Made by a program: the position numbers and the translations under genes. This document shows, piece by piece, positions 19,972 through 31,000 of a stretch of DNA of 64,000 nt. The notes under the pieces are model-generated. The model had not been told where the DNA came from, did not search any database, and worked only from the letters and a program-made list of their open reading frames with translations. Origin of the DNA: Chthoniobacteraceae bacterium (GTDB lineage: Bacteria > Verrucomicrobiota > Verrucomicrobiia > Chthoniobacterales > Chthoniobacteraceae); contig JBBCKI010000029.1 of assembly GCA_037190965.1 (NCBI GenBank), positions 131,784 to 195,783 on the forward strand, read 5' to 3'. Each line of letters starts with the position of its first letter. The stretch's first letter is position 1.

Positions 19972-21486
19972 ATGGAACCCCCTCAAGCTGCTTTGATCGA
20001 CAATCGGTCTCACATCGAGTCTGCATTTAATGTTGGCTGCCACGCCCAACTCTTCATCGATTCCCGGCTTATTGCTGAGACTCATAATATTGTATCCACC
20101 CTTCATGTGGGAAAGAAGCACGAGGCCAACCCGCTTGTGTCGGTCGACAGACCTTGGGAGGGCTGGCGGGTTCAAATGGGAGGCGATGTGCTTTTCGACG
20201 AAGAGGAAGGCATTTTCAAGATGTGGTACATGGCGGATGGGGAGGGCTTCTTTCGTCCACTCTGCCCGACGATGTATGCAACGAGCAAGGATGGCATTCA
20301 CTGGGAAAAGCCGCTGGTTGGGACGATCAAAGGGCTCAAGGACATGCCGCACAATGCGGTGGTTACGGTACATTCCGTTAGCGTGATCAAAGACCGGCGG
20401 GAGAGCGATCCCAAGAAACGCTACAAAATGACCGCGATCGTCAAGGAGCAGGAATTTCGCGGCTCGCTCTTCGGCTATCGTACCTTGGTTTCGCCGGATG
20501 GATTGCACTGGGAATATTATGGATACAATCCCATTGCCCCGGGCAGCGATGTCATCACGGGATTTCATTACAACCAAAGGCTTGGTTGCTATGCGGCAAT
20601 CATGCGTATCCTGACGCCCTTGCGTGGGTTTGATCGGAGGGTCTTTTACCTGATCAAAAGTGACGACTTTCTAAATTGGTCAAAGCCGAAAGTCATCTTC
20701 GAGCCGGACAAGACCGACGATGCGGGAACGCTAATGCGATTGGCTAAGGTTCGCCCCCTGCTTTCAGCGGACGATGATCCCGCCCTGATGCGTACCGAGA
20801 TTTATGGGGTAGGGGTATATGAGGCCGAAAGTTGTACGATTGGTTTTCCCTGGATCTTTTCCATCAATAACAAAGCTCCTGCCTCTGTTCACGGGAACCA
20901 GGAAGGTCCCTGCGATATTCAACTGGCGGTTTCGCGTGACCTCGAGCATTGGGAGAGACCATTCCGGACGCCGATTTTGCCCTTGGGAAACATTGATGAA
21001 TGGGACAGCGGATTTCTGATCACCCAGTCCAATGCCTTTCGCGTAGGAGATGAAGTTCGCCTGTATTACTCCGGATGGAATTTTACTCACGGAGCGCCGT
21101 GCTGTTACGTGCGGGAAGGGACCGGTCGCGGGTTGCGTTATAAGTCCCAGATAGGCCTGATTACATGGAAGCTTGATCGATTCGTTTCGCTGGATGGCCC
21201 ATCCGACGGTGGCACGGCGACGACCATTCCAGTTATTTTTTCCGGACGCCGTTTGGAAATTAACGCTGATGTGGCGCCGGGAGGGACGTTGCGGGTGGAA
21301 CTTCTCGATGGATCAGGAAGGCCGCTTCCGGGTTGGTCATTGTCCGATCCGTGCACGGGTGATCATATAAGGAGCACAGTTCTTTGGGGAGGCAAGGAGG
21401 ACCTTTCGAAGTGGAGAGGCCATGTGGCATCTCTGCGGTTTCATCTTAACTCCGCGAAATTATTCTCCTTCGCGTTTCGCGAGTAG
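19972..21486 (+). CDS. Five-bladed beta-propeller glycosidase-like protein (GH32/43/130-type fold)
   Basis: FKMWY, YATSKDGIHWEKP, SPDGLHW, SDDFLNW, SRDLEHW repeats; C-terminal LDRFVSL...RLEINAD beta-sandwich. Confidence 0.7.
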   Translation: MEPPQAALIDNRSHIESAFNVGCHAQLFIDSRLIAETHNIVSTLHVGKKHEANPLVSVDRPWEGWRVQMGGDVLFDEEEGIFKMWYMADGEGFFRPLCPTMYATSKDGIHWEKPLVGTIKGLKDMPHNAVVTVHSVSVIKDRRESDPKKRYKMTAIVKEQEFRGSLFGYRTLVSPDGLHWEYYGYNPIAPGSDVITGFHYNQRLGCYAAIMRILTPLRGFDRRVFYLIKSDDFLNWSKPKVIFEPDKTDDAGTLMRLAKVRPLLSADDDPALMRTEIYGVGVYEAESCTIGFPWIFSINNKAPASVHGNQEGPCDIQLAVSRDLEHWERPFRTPILPLGNIDEWDSGFLITQSNAFRVGDEVRLYYSGWNFTHGAPCCYVREGTGRGLRYKSQIGLITWKLDRFVSLDGPSDGGTATTIPVIFSGRRLEINADVAPGGTLRVELLDGSGRPLPGWSLSDPCTGDHIRSTVLWGGKEDLSKWRGHVASLRFHLNSAKLFSFAFRE

Positions 21487-22048
21487 GCGCATATTCCGAA
21501 ACGCCGGGGAAGGCAGTCCAGGAATAGCCTCGGTTTGTTGCTGATGGCTTGCTTGGACGTATCGGCTTGCGGCAGGCATGGAGCCATGCCTGTCCATTTT
21601 CGCGTGGCGAAGTGCTGCTGGGAGAGCGTATTGATCTCTGGTTTCAGCCCGTCTTTCTGACCGACGATCCGGACCTCGGGGCCGGGCGGGAGGAAACAAT
21701 GGATCGGCCACCGCTCAAGAGGAACGGTGGAAGCGCGGCGGGCTTTGTATTGCCGAGGCAAACAGTGTTGCTTGCCTCATCAACTTTTACGGACCGCCTT
21801 CTTTCGCGGCTGTTTTTGGCTGACTTCTTTTGAACGACTCAATGAAGTGGAATCACGCACCATTCTGGCGGAGGCGATGCTGCGGAAGTATTTTCAAAGA
21901 GGGATGTCACCCACGCTCGTTGCCATGGTACCGCCTATGATATTGCACCTGTGATGATGGGACGTGAACTGGCGGCCTCGGGGATCACCCCACCGCTATG
22001 TGGAAGTGCCAGGGTTGGTAAGGCGATGAAGAGAGGGTGCGCGGTTCC

Positions 22049-22609
22049 TTAAAGCAATTCTGGCCGAAACAAAGATTTCCGGCTGATGGTTTTGCCCGAG
22101 ATCATGAACTCGCCGTTGCCCATATAGTGGATCGTTTCCGGATTCTTGGGTGACGAGGCAACCTGGGCTTTAACGACTTCGAAAATGAAGAAGTTGTAGT
22201 TGTCAACCAGGCGGTCGTCGTGCAATCGGCATTCGAAATTGGCGTGACATTCCTGAATGAGCGGCGCAGTTACCTCCCTCGCCTCGCCGGGTGTGAGGCC
22301 GAATTCTGCGAACTTATCGATCTCCTCGCCAGTGCAGTTCCCGATGCGCACGACCGTATCAACGAGTTTGGTGGTAGGCAAATTGATGACGCACTCGCGG
22401 CTCTGGCGGATCATTTCGAAGCTATGGTTCCCCGCCGCGATCACACAACCCACAAGCGAGGGAGTAAACTCCATAACCGTATGCCAGCCCATGGTCATGA
22501 TATTGGCCGTCCCTTGCCATTGCGACGATACCAGCACAATCGGGCCAGGTTCCAGATAATGGCGGATTCGGCTGACCGGGAAGTCCTTCTTTCTCGAAAT
22601 GCTGGCCAT
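22049..22609 (-). CDS. Flavin reductase family protein (DIM6/NTAB-like)
   Basis: YLEPGPIVLVSS, NIMTMGWH, ECVINLPT, APLIQECHANFEC; GGAGGA 7 nt upstream of ATG 22609. Confidence 0.9.
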   Translation of the reverse strand: MASISRKKDFPVSRIRHYLEPGPIVLVSSQWQGTANIMTMGWHTVMEFTPSLVGCVIAAGNHSFEMIRQSRECVINLPTTKLVDTVVRIGNCTGEEIDKFAEFGLTPGEAREVTAPLIQECHANFECRLHDDRLVDNYNFFIFEVVKAQVASSPKNPETIHYMGNGEFMISGKTISRKSLFRPELL

Positions 22610-22729
22610 CGTCATGTCCTCCAATGAGTATTCGGCGAGCAGTACCGCGATGCGCCCATTCTAAAATTGGACGGCTGGGTTCACTTTTATCCCGAGTCAG
22701 ATTGTCCATGATAGTCACATCGACACCCT

Positions 22730-22968
22730 TTCTGGGTGAACCTCGTGGAATGCTTCATAGCATCTTAACGCGAACCGGCCTAAAACAACAGGTCCATAAG
22801 TCAAGCGAAGCCCTCGAACGCTTCCTCAAGCAATTCGTTGAAACCTACAACGAAACCTGCGGACTCTTCATCTGGACCAAAGGTCCCAAAAAGTTAACCC
22901 GAAAAGTCCGCCTTACTCAACTCGCCCATCAGCCGCAATATGCCGTACTTATCCGGCGATTGCACTAG
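22730..22968 (+). mobile_element. IS630-family transposase relic (3' end and right terminus)
   Basis: FWVNLVECF/frameshift/SILTRTGLKQQVHKSSEALERFLKQFVETYNETCGLFIWTKGP matches the IS630 C-terminal pattern (WLNxVExxF...YN...FxWTK); ends in ...GCACTAG. Confidence 0.75.
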
Positions 22969-23687
22969 TTGGCATGCCAGTTTGTGCCTCCAGAGTAAGA
23001 AGTGGCTTTGTTGTTTTCTCCTCCCTGATAGGTGCCGCGTCCTTCCAGCGGACCGCGCAGAAGTTCCACATGACCGTCAGCGAAGCACATGTGCATGCCT
23101 TTGCCGTGAGGATAGCGCGCGTTGTTTGCTCCTTTGCCCGGATAGGTATTCGCAGGGACTTGATTTCCGCCATTGAAGGAGCCGAGATCGATCGCGGAGG
23201 AAATCCCTTCACCCACCATGTAAAGCTTGGAGGGCGAGACAAAGCTGGCGGTTCGGTTGCCGGCGTAGCGATTGTCGCCTTCGAGCCAGCCATTGATCGT
23301 GAAGCTGCCTGCTTGCTCGCCGACGCTTGAAGTCCGCCCCGCGATCTGGAGCTTATTCTCCGGACAGAGCCAGATACCAAGCTCACGACGGCTGGTGGCA
23401 TTGACGAGTTGTTTCCGAGTGTTATCCCATTTAGTAACGATACCGCACCAGTTGAGATTAGCATCGGCATCGAATGGGAGGACAGTGTAGCCGTTATTGT
23501 CGGCCGCGTAGGCGATAAGGCTACTGCCGACTTGCCTGATGTTCACCAGGCAGGTGGCTTGGCGGCCGCTGGCCATGGCGCGCCAGTAGGCGGGCAGGAT
23601 CAGACTGATAAGGAGGCCTCCGAGGGCCACTACAACCAGGATCTCGACTAGCGAAAAGGCGGTTCGTCTTCGGGGGGAAGTCCTCAC
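22965..23687 (-). CDS. Prepilin-type N-terminal cleavage/methylation protein with H-X9-DG C-terminal motif
   Basis: AFSLVEILVVV N-terminus, CLVNIRQVG...YAADN, WLCP, and RYPHGKGMHMCFADGHV. Confidence 0.93.
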   Translation of the reverse strand: MRTSPRRRTAFSLVEILVVVALGGLLISLILPAYWRAMASGRQATCLVNIRQVGSSLIAYAADNNGYTVLPFDADANLNWCGIVTKWDNTRKQLVNATSRRELGIWLCPENKLQIAGRTSSVGEQAGSFTINGWLEGDNRYAGNRTASFVSPSKLYMVGEGISSAIDLGSFNGGNQVPANTYPGKGANNARYPHGKGMHMCFADGHVELLRGPLEGRGTYQGGENNKATSYSGGTNWHAN

Positions 23688-23728
23688 GTATTTTTGGGGG
23701 GGGAAGGGGGGAGTCGGGGCGGTTGTCG

Positions 23729-25882
23729 TCAGGTTTCGAGCGCCACGGTCAACGAGATCTCGGCATCGTCGTGGATGGGCCAGGTCGCGTTGGGAGCGGG
23801 GTTTTGTCGGCCTTCGGACATGAGCCTGACCCAGGGAAATTCCAACACGCCTGCGCAGGGCAAGTTGCGATAGCGACAGCGCACGTGCAGGGAGTCGCTG
23901 CCCACGGCGCTACGCAAGGCGATCTCCGTGCCCTGATAGCCATAGGGAAAACGGATCTCTTCGCTGCCATCCTCGAAGCGCGCCATGCGGGGTTTGGAAA
24001 GGCTGCGGCCGATTTGATAACCCTCTTCCGTGAGGCCCCCGAGGTGAAAGGCGACCAAGGGAACGGGATCCTGAATGAGACTCCGGCCATGGGTCGTTAT
24101 ACCGAGGACCTCGCATCGAAAGGGATTCACCACAAAGCGGCTGGAATTTAGCTGGATTTCCACTGCTCCCTCTGTGACGTCCGAAGGGCGGATACGAGTA
24201 CATTCGCCGGTGCTGCCGGGCGAGCGCCAATATTGACGACTCTCTTCAAGCTTGTGGGCCAGACGGCTCGACGAGTCGCGGGCGCATACTCCAAATTGGA
24301 AGATGTCTCCGGCATCGGGATCGGGGGCTTCCAACCCATCGTATTTCTTGTGATAGGCCGGGATAACGGTGTCCAGGGCCGCGAGACGGTCGGCGGCGAT
24401 CTTCTCGTAGCCAGCCTCGCCGGTATCGTCGAAGGCCATCCATGCATAGAACCCGACCATGTAATCCCGGCGGATGGCGGCCTCGTCGAAGGCGCGTTGA
24501 AGGGAGAAGCCAAGACGCCCGGCATCGTCCCCGGCAAAGGCTTCCCGGGCGGCGTTCAGGGTGCGGATGGCTTCATCGTAGATGGCCAGCGCCTCGCTTT
24601 TCTCCGCTTCCACGCGGCGGAGAAAGTGATGATCCGGGGCGAGCGCGCGGACGTGGTTCGCGTAGTCCACCGGGGAAAAACTCCAGCGGGTTATATTGTG
24701 CCGGCGAAGCGCCGCGATCATGCCATCCGGCGTGAGGGGGGCCCCGGAGGGCGTGCTGCAGGAATGATGGCCAAACTCGTAATAGGTCTTGCAGCCGGCT
24801 TCGTAGAGGTTCTTGAAGATTGCCGCGGCAGCGTGCGCAGCCCGATCGCCGAAGCGCTCGCAGGCAAAATCGCGGTGAATTTCCTCCACCGAAGTAGCCG
24901 GGGCGTTGAGCAAGCGGCAGAAGGCGTACGCGTTAATCTCATTGAAAGTGTCGAGGCAGCTCCAGGTCTGCTCGGAGCGGTGGCTGGTCATGTGCCAGTC
25001 GATGCGGCCTGCCACACCGTAGCTGCGAATTTCGCGCGCCTTTTGCAGGCGAAACTTGATGTCCTCGACCATGGGAAAGGGCGTGCGGCCGACTGCGCAA
25101 TATTCCATTGGCAGCGAGAACTCCACGATGGTGGGCTGTTGCTGCGCCATGAGGGCGAGGGGGGCATTGAAAGGATAGGTCGGCTGAAAGTCCGGCTCCA
25201 CCGCTTTCCCCATCAGCAGGAGGTCCGGGCCCACGGCGGCGGCGGCCTTCAAGAAATGCCAGGTGTAGGTATTCTCGTCGGTGACGAGCGGGATGGCGTC
25301 GTTACCCGCGCCGTGATTGCGAAAAACGACGCGGCGGTCCAGCCGGTCGCAGGTCTCCTTCACCGTGCGAAACATCTTCTCGAAACGCTGCCAGAGCGGC
25401 AGACCGCCGCCCATGCCATTGGCGGAAATCCACTCGCCTGCTTTTTGTTCGCCGGTGCAGGAAAGAATGATGCCCTGGGTGGCGGGAAACAGCGTGAACA
25501 GCGATTCGATGTTCCAGCGCACCAGATCCCAGAGCTCGGGATTTTTAAAGTCGATCCAGTCGGCGCCGTATTTCTCGACGAAACCGGTGGGCAGCCGAAG
25601 TTCGCGGCGCCAAAGATAGAAATCGAGACCATGGGAACGCACGATCTCGGAGGCTGCCCGAATCGTTTCCTGGTAGTTTTCCATGAAGCGACGAGCCTCA
25701 TCATTGGCGGGTGGCACTCCCCAGGCGGTGTGATCGAGGAATTGAAAATTTTTCCACTCGGCGCTCATGTAAGCGATTGCGCCGATGTGGAAGCGTTTCG
25801 CATAGGCGCAGACGCGTTCGAGATTATCCGAGGTGAGCCCGTTGATCTCAAGACAGGTGAAGGGGAATGCGGGTGAACTCAT
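23729..25882 (-). CDS. Hypothetical protein, possibly glycoside hydrolase-like (weak GH67-type resemblance)
   Basis: 717-aa ORF translationally coupled in the operon; EINAYAFCRLL resembles the GH67 NxYAFGRL segment; no signal peptide. Confidence 0.55.
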   Translation of the reverse strand: MSSPAFPFTCLEINGLTSDNLERVCAYAKRFHIGAIAYMSAEWKNFQFLDHTAWGVPPANDEARRFMENYQETIRAASEIVRSHGLDFYLWRRELRLPTGFVEKYGADWIDFKNPELWDLVRWNIESLFTLFPATQGIILSCTGEQKAGEWISANGMGGGLPLWQRFEKMFRTVKETCDRLDRRVVFRNHGAGNDAIPLVTDENTYTWHFLKAAAAVGPDLLLMGKAVEPDFQPTYPFNAPLALMAQQQPTIVEFSLPMEYCAVGRTPFPMVEDIKFRLQKAREIRSYGVAGRIDWHMTSHRSEQTWSCLDTFNEINAYAFCRLLNAPATSVEEIHRDFACERFGDRAAHAAAAIFKNLYEAGCKTYYEFGHHSCSTPSGAPLTPDGMIAALRRHNITRWSFSPVDYANHVRALAPDHHFLRRVEAEKSEALAIYDEAIRTLNAAREAFAGDDAGRLGFSLQRAFDEAAIRRDYMVGFYAWMAFDDTGEAGYEKIAADRLAALDTVIPAYHKKYDGLEAPDPDAGDIFQFGVCARDSSSRLAHKLEESRQYWRSPGSTGECTRIRPSDVTEGAVEIQLNSSRFVVNPFRCEVLGITTHGRSLIQDPVPLVAFHLGGLTEEGYQIGRSLSKPRMARFEDGSEEIRFPYGYQGTEIALRSAVGSDSLHVRCRYRNLPCAGVLEFPWVRLMSEGRQNPAPNATWPIHDDAEISLTVALET

Positions 25883-28011
25883 GGCTTGCTGGCTTTCGCC
25901 CAGGATGGACTGTCCTCCAGAAAATAGCGTTGCGTCGCGATGCCGGGAAAGTCGTCCGTGCGGAAGGGGCTCGCGGGCAGCCCGGTTTGATTATAGAGGT
26001 TGCAGGTGGGATTGTCGGCCCAAGCGTACCGGACCGCCACAGGCTTAGGAATCTCTGGCGACCAAACGACCACGGAATCGCCGTCGATTTTTGCCTGGGC
26101 CCATTTCCAATTTCGATCTTCGCCACAAATCGCGAAACCTTGAACCTCACTGCCTTTGCTGGGAGGTACCAGCGGAGCTGTCATCGGGTTGTGCTCCGCC
26201 GAGCTGTACCTCAGAATATAGGCGGGAGGAAGGGGACGGGCCACAAGACCTCCGTCCGCATGATTAAACCGGATCCTCAATGTATTATTCTCGAGTTTGA
26301 CAGACTCGAAAGAAGGGCCTGATGCTTCCTCCGCCACGCCGTACGTTTTGGCGAGGGCGGCTTTGGCCAGACGCTCGCCTTGTTCTTTGCGAGTCAAGGG
26401 ATGAATGTCTGCCGCCGAGCCGACATCGATGAGAACGGCTTGGCCTGTGTTCGGCAAGGCAAGCGTCTTCGATTGGGCTTCACGGAGTTCGGCCCATGCG
26501 CTTTCCGCCGGCAGGTCCTGCTTCGGGCCATAGTTCGCCAGTTGGCAGAAGTAGAATGGAAAATCTCCCCGTTCCCAAACCGAGCGCCAAGTCTGGATCA
26601 GCAGGGGGAATGAGGTGCGATATTGCTGTGCCCGACCTGCGTTGGTTTCCCCCTGATACCAGGCCACCCCCTTGATGGCATAGGGAATCAGGGGGTGAAT
26701 CATGCCATTGTAAAGCTGGCTGGCCACGTGATGAACGAGCGGAACTGAACGCGGCGGCAACGGAAGCGACCTTGCCATTTCACCCTCGAGAGGCGGCAAT
26801 TCGAATTCCGGTTTTGCGAGCCATGTTCCGCTTAATGCCTGACGAAGAGGACCCGTTACCATATTTTCCGGCTGCCCAAGGAATCCACTATCTTTGCCCG
26901 CCGGAATGAAGATGCGGATGGCGAGAGTGTGCTCGCCTGGTTTGATCTTCGCGCCGTTCGTGCGATGGACCGATTTGAGACCTGGAAGGTCTTTCTCTGG
27001 ATCTGTTCCCCCGAGCCGGACGCCGTCCCAGAAGACTTCATGGTATCCCGCAATAGGTCCAAGACTAAGGCTCATCCAGCCTTCCGCGGATGCCTTGGCG
27101 TCGACGGTTACATTGCGACGGAGCCAAATGGCGCCATAAGCCGGCAGACCTTGTTTTTCCAGTGATCCGGGCACGGTTACGGATTTCCAGTCATCGGTTC
27201 TGGCGCTCGGGGCAGCGTAGGCGGATGAATCCGCAGTCCGACGGTCTTGTCGACCGGTTTTGTTTTGCCATTCCAAAATGGCTTCGAGGTAGTTTTTCCT
27301 TTTCTCCGGGAACCCATTCGTTCGGCTTAGAACGGTTTCCTTACCTCTCTTCAAGTCGAGCTCGCTATCGAGGGCGGATTCGCTTAGCCACGCCTCCAGC
27401 GAAGATCCACCCCAGGCAGCGCGAATGAGGCCGACAGGAACGCCAAGCTTTTGCTGGACCGTTTTTCCGAAATAATACGCGACCCCTCCAAAATTGGGAG
27501 TCGTTTGGGGGGTGGCTACCTTCCATTCTCCCTTGCAGTTCTCCTGCGGGGTGGCCGATGCTTCTTTGAGCACGCAAAATTCGCGGAGCATCGGGTTTCC
27601 AGATGCGGGAATTTCTGTCTTAGCCTCCAAGGAATGCTGAAGCCGCAGTTCCATATTGGACTGGCCGGAGCAGAGCCAGACTTCGCCGACGAGAACATCG
27701 GCACAGACCACCCGATTCTTGCCTTCCACGATCAGTTCGTGCGGACCCGGACCGGTGGCTCCCAAGTCGAGCGTGACCAGCCATTTTCCATTCGGGCCGG
27801 CCGAAGACGTGGCCTGCCTGCCGTCCAGAGAGACCGTTACCTTTTCTCCGGCGTCGGCCCATCCCCATACGGGAACCCTCTCCGACTTTTGCAGGACCAT
27901 GTGGTCGGAAAAGAACGCTGGCAACGAGACATCCGCGTTTGCCTGCGTGGCGAGCCATACCGCCAGGACAAAGCTGAGTGCCAGGTGTTTTGCATTCGCG
28001 CTCGCAGTCAT
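25879..28011 (-). CDS. Sialate O-acetylesterase (SASA/SGNH) with inserted sugar-binding domain
   Basis: FSDHMVLQ, GEVWLCSGQSNM, AWGGS, WYQGETN, QLAN, DIHP, PVAVRYAWADNP, PFRTD. Confidence 0.93.
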   Translation of the reverse strand: MTASANAKHLALSFVLAVWLATQANADVSLPAFFSDHMVLQKSERVPVWGWADAGEKVTVSLDGRQATSSAGPNGKWLVTLDLGATGPGPHELIVEGKNRVVCADVLVGEVWLCSGQSNMELRLQHSLEAKTEIPASGNPMLREFCVLKEASATPQENCKGEWKVATPQTTPNFGGVAYYFGKTVQQKLGVPVGLIRAAWGGSSLEAWLSESALDSELDLKRGKETVLSRTNGFPEKRKNYLEAILEWQNKTGRQDRRTADSSAYAAPSARTDDWKSVTVPGSLEKQGLPAYGAIWLRRNVTVDAKASAEGWMSLSLGPIAGYHEVFWDGVRLGGTDPEKDLPGLKSVHRTNGAKIKPGEHTLAIRIFIPAGKDSGFLGQPENMVTGPLRQALSGTWLAKPEFELPPLEGEMARSLPLPPRSVPLVHHVASQLYNGMIHPLIPYAIKGVAWYQGETNAGRAQQYRTSFPLLIQTWRSVWERGDFPFYFCQLANYGPKQDLPAESAWAELREAQSKTLALPNTGQAVLIDVGSAADIHPLTRKEQGERLAKAALAKTYGVAEEASGPSFESVKLENNTLRIRFNHADGGLVARPLPPAYILRYSSAEHNPMTAPLVPPSKGSEVQGFAICGEDRNWKWAQAKIDGDSVVVWSPEIPKPVAVRYAWADNPTCNLYNQTGLPASPFRTDDFPGIATQRYFLEDSPSWAKASKP

Positions 28012-31000
28012 GGATAGACCCCCGCTTCATAGAAGTTTAGAGAGACTTTTTCGACGTTTCCCCGGCCTGCGGCGGAGTTGACCAGCTCAACTTCATTTTC
28101 TTCACCGAACTTGATCCAAGGGGTAATATTCAGATGAAAGCGAGGGCCGATCTTTTGCCAGAATCGGCTGACCCATTTCCCATTGATGACGACTCCGAGA
28201 GGGGTGCCCGTCACATCGAGGACGACCTGCTTTCCGGATTTTTCAGAGGGAATATTGATCGACCTGCGCAGTGTGAGACAGTCGTATTTCCCAGGCAGGG
28301 AAATCGGGGAGCCGTAGCGCAGAACGTCCTCGCTTGGAGACCAAAGACCGGCCAGATCGATCTGGGATTCGGGCGTCGGCCAGAACCAGAGCCAGGTGGC
28401 GCCCTTGGCTCCGGCCAGGCTGCCTTTTGCTTCGATTTCGACGGCGATTGTGTGCTCGCTGCCTGGCTTGAATCCTCCCTCCGGTTTGAAATCCAGCAGT
28501 CCTTCGCTTCCCTGATCGAGGATCAACTTGCCGTCGAGCCAGATGCGGCCTTTGTCGGCAAACGTCGGTCCAAGCCAGGAAACCAGCCAGAGGGATGGTT
28601 CACCGTTTTTCCAGGCTTCCGGGATGGTGAATTTCCGTCGAAGAACGGCGTGATTCACATCCTTTTTGTCCGGGAAGGTCCAAACGCCCATGTCGGCTTT
28701 TTCCCACGAGGAGTCATCGACGTCCGCCGCGATGAATGCGGTTGCCTGATCGTCTTCGCCGAGCGGCTTAAAGCTCCAGTCTTTGCTCAGGTCCGAGGAA
28801 AACAGATGCGGAGCCGGCGGCAGCGGAGTTGCGGGAGGGGCTTCCGTTCCGCGCCACCAGGATCGCTGAAGGTTAAACCAATCCAAAGGTGCGTCGGCGA
28901 TATGATTTCTCGGCGTGAGATAGAGGAAGGTTTCCTCTGGAGGCAGTTCGACTTTGATGCCGCCGTTATCCACGGGGATTTTTTTTCCGGAACGGAAATC
29001 GAAGGCCCATGCCGGCAAAGGGTTCGTTTGCAGTTGGAGGTCTAGCGATGCTTTGTTTTCGGTGCTCTGATTCCAGAGAACCCAGACGTCGTAGAGTCCA
29101 TTATTCGAAAGATAGTGCCGCAGGAGGACATCTTTGGTCGGGACCAATTTGGCTGGGACCGGTTGAACGTCCCGCCAGCGGAGAATGTCAATCAGCGTGG
29201 TGCGGAGCGCGTTTGTGGCGATCCGCAACGACTCCCTCGAACGGCGGACGTTGCTTTCATCGAAATCGACGCGATCCGGAATGGAATCCCCCGTGAATTT
29301 GCAGCCGATCTGCACGATGCGGCCCTTTCCAAGCTGGCGCACCCCGGCGGCGACAGAGCCGTCTTCCCAAAGGAGCAAATCCTGCGCGTCGGGAGCTTCC
29401 TTCTCGAGAGTCAGGCCGTTGGCCGCGACATTTTGCCATTCGTTGGTGAAAACCGATTGGCCTGGAGCGTTTTCCAATTTCCGGGTCTTGAGCGGATTGC
29501 CCTTCTTATCATACGAATCCACCGCCTTCACGCGATAACCTGTGAGCCGTGAAATGGGCCATGAGTCTCTGATCGCCGGGGTATGGCGTCCGGTTTGCAC
29601 GAATGTCACAAAGGTGCCGCCGGCGCGGACGTACTGCTCGATTTCGCCGACCAGCTTTTCGTTCATGATGGACGTGTTTGTATCGATGATGACCTTATAG
29701 CGGCTCGCGTCTCCCGACGCGAAGGACGACTCGGTAAGGATGTCGCTTTCATAAAGGGACCGCAGTACCGAGCGGACATTCCATGTCCAGTATCCGGAAC
29801 GAAAGTTCGTGTTATAGTCGGATCCCCAAGGATAGGCCATGAGCGCATTGACACTTGTCGAATGCAGCGCCGCAACTTCAGCCTGGGGGGAGTGGTATTT
29901 GCCGATCAGTTTGATGAGCGGAACATTTTCCTCGAAATACTTTCGAATTTCGGGCTCCCACATCACTCTGCCGATGTGGATGAAATAATCCAGCCCTTGA
30001 ATTCCCTCGGTATGGACCAGGCCGATCTTCTTTTTGAAATTCGGAAGATCTTTTGCCGGGGAGCTTGGTTCGACCGAGAATGGCAAGCCGGCACCGCGCA
30101 TGATGGATGACAGATAGTCGTTCCAGAAGGTGAGCATGTACCCCGTGTTCTTGAAGTTGCCCCCGTACTGCAACGCGAGTTTTTTAATGCCGTCGGCGTA
30201 GTAGTCGGGCGCCATGAGGTCGATCTGGCGGTCTTGATCAACGTGACGGATCATTTCCATCCCACGCCGGGCGGCATTGATCCGCGTCCATTGAATCCAT
30301 TCCGCGAAGTCCACCCAACGCATGTTCCCTCCGGGTCCGAAGTCGGGATACTGACGGGGGGAATCTGGTGAGAGATAGACGCGGTAGGCCAGGAAGCCTT
30401 TTGGGAGGCGGATCGCCAATTGATTGGAGCCGGGACGCAAATGCTTGGTAACCTCAACCCCCTCCCAGTGATGGATCGTGTGTTCAAGGGGCGTCTCACT
30501 GACTTTCTGGCCATTGACGGCGATGGTGACCGATTCCGGAGTGACGCGATTCAAGCTCCAGACGTACAGCCATACACGGGGATTTTTCGCGAGCCACTGG
30601 GCGGGCACTTCGATCTTCTGGCGAAATACGGCGGGCCGCTTTTCCAGGAACATGATCCGGTCATGGCCCGGTGCCAGGATGGTCGGCCATGACGAATCGT
30701 CGAACGATTCCGAGTACCAATCTTCCGGTGCCTTCTCGGTCGCGATCGCCCTGATTCGTAGGGTCTTTTCCATCTCACGCTTTGTCAGTGAGGTGCCGCT
30801 GAACTCCTCCCAGCCCACATGCCAATCCCCCGTCAAATCGAGTGCCTGGGGCCCCCATCCGGAAAACGAGGCAACTTCAGGAACCCGGACTTCGTCCCAG
30901 GAAGAATAGTTGCCCTGCCACGAAGCGTTCAGGGCTTTGGTGTTTTCATATCTTTCCTGGAGAAACTTACGGAAGGAGGCGTCCGCGACCGGGCCATATT

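Noticed and set aside
21490..22045. Short ORFs and hairpin CAGGCATGG-AG-CCATGCCTG (21573-21592)
   Set aside because: No recognisable protein; the hairpin is single-copy with a 2-nt loop, so neither REP nor terminator can be supported
14199..23687. Complete type IV pilus or T2SS locus
   Set aside because: Only pilin-like subunits; no ATPase, platform protein, secretin or peptidase in the window
23696..23711. G8/G6 tracts upstream of the prepilin as a phase-variation switch
   Set aside because: Short, intergenic, and not within a recognisable promoter or reading frame
24233..25876. 547-aa plus-strand ORF
   Set aside because: Antisense shadow of the operon-coupled 717-aa gene; no motifs
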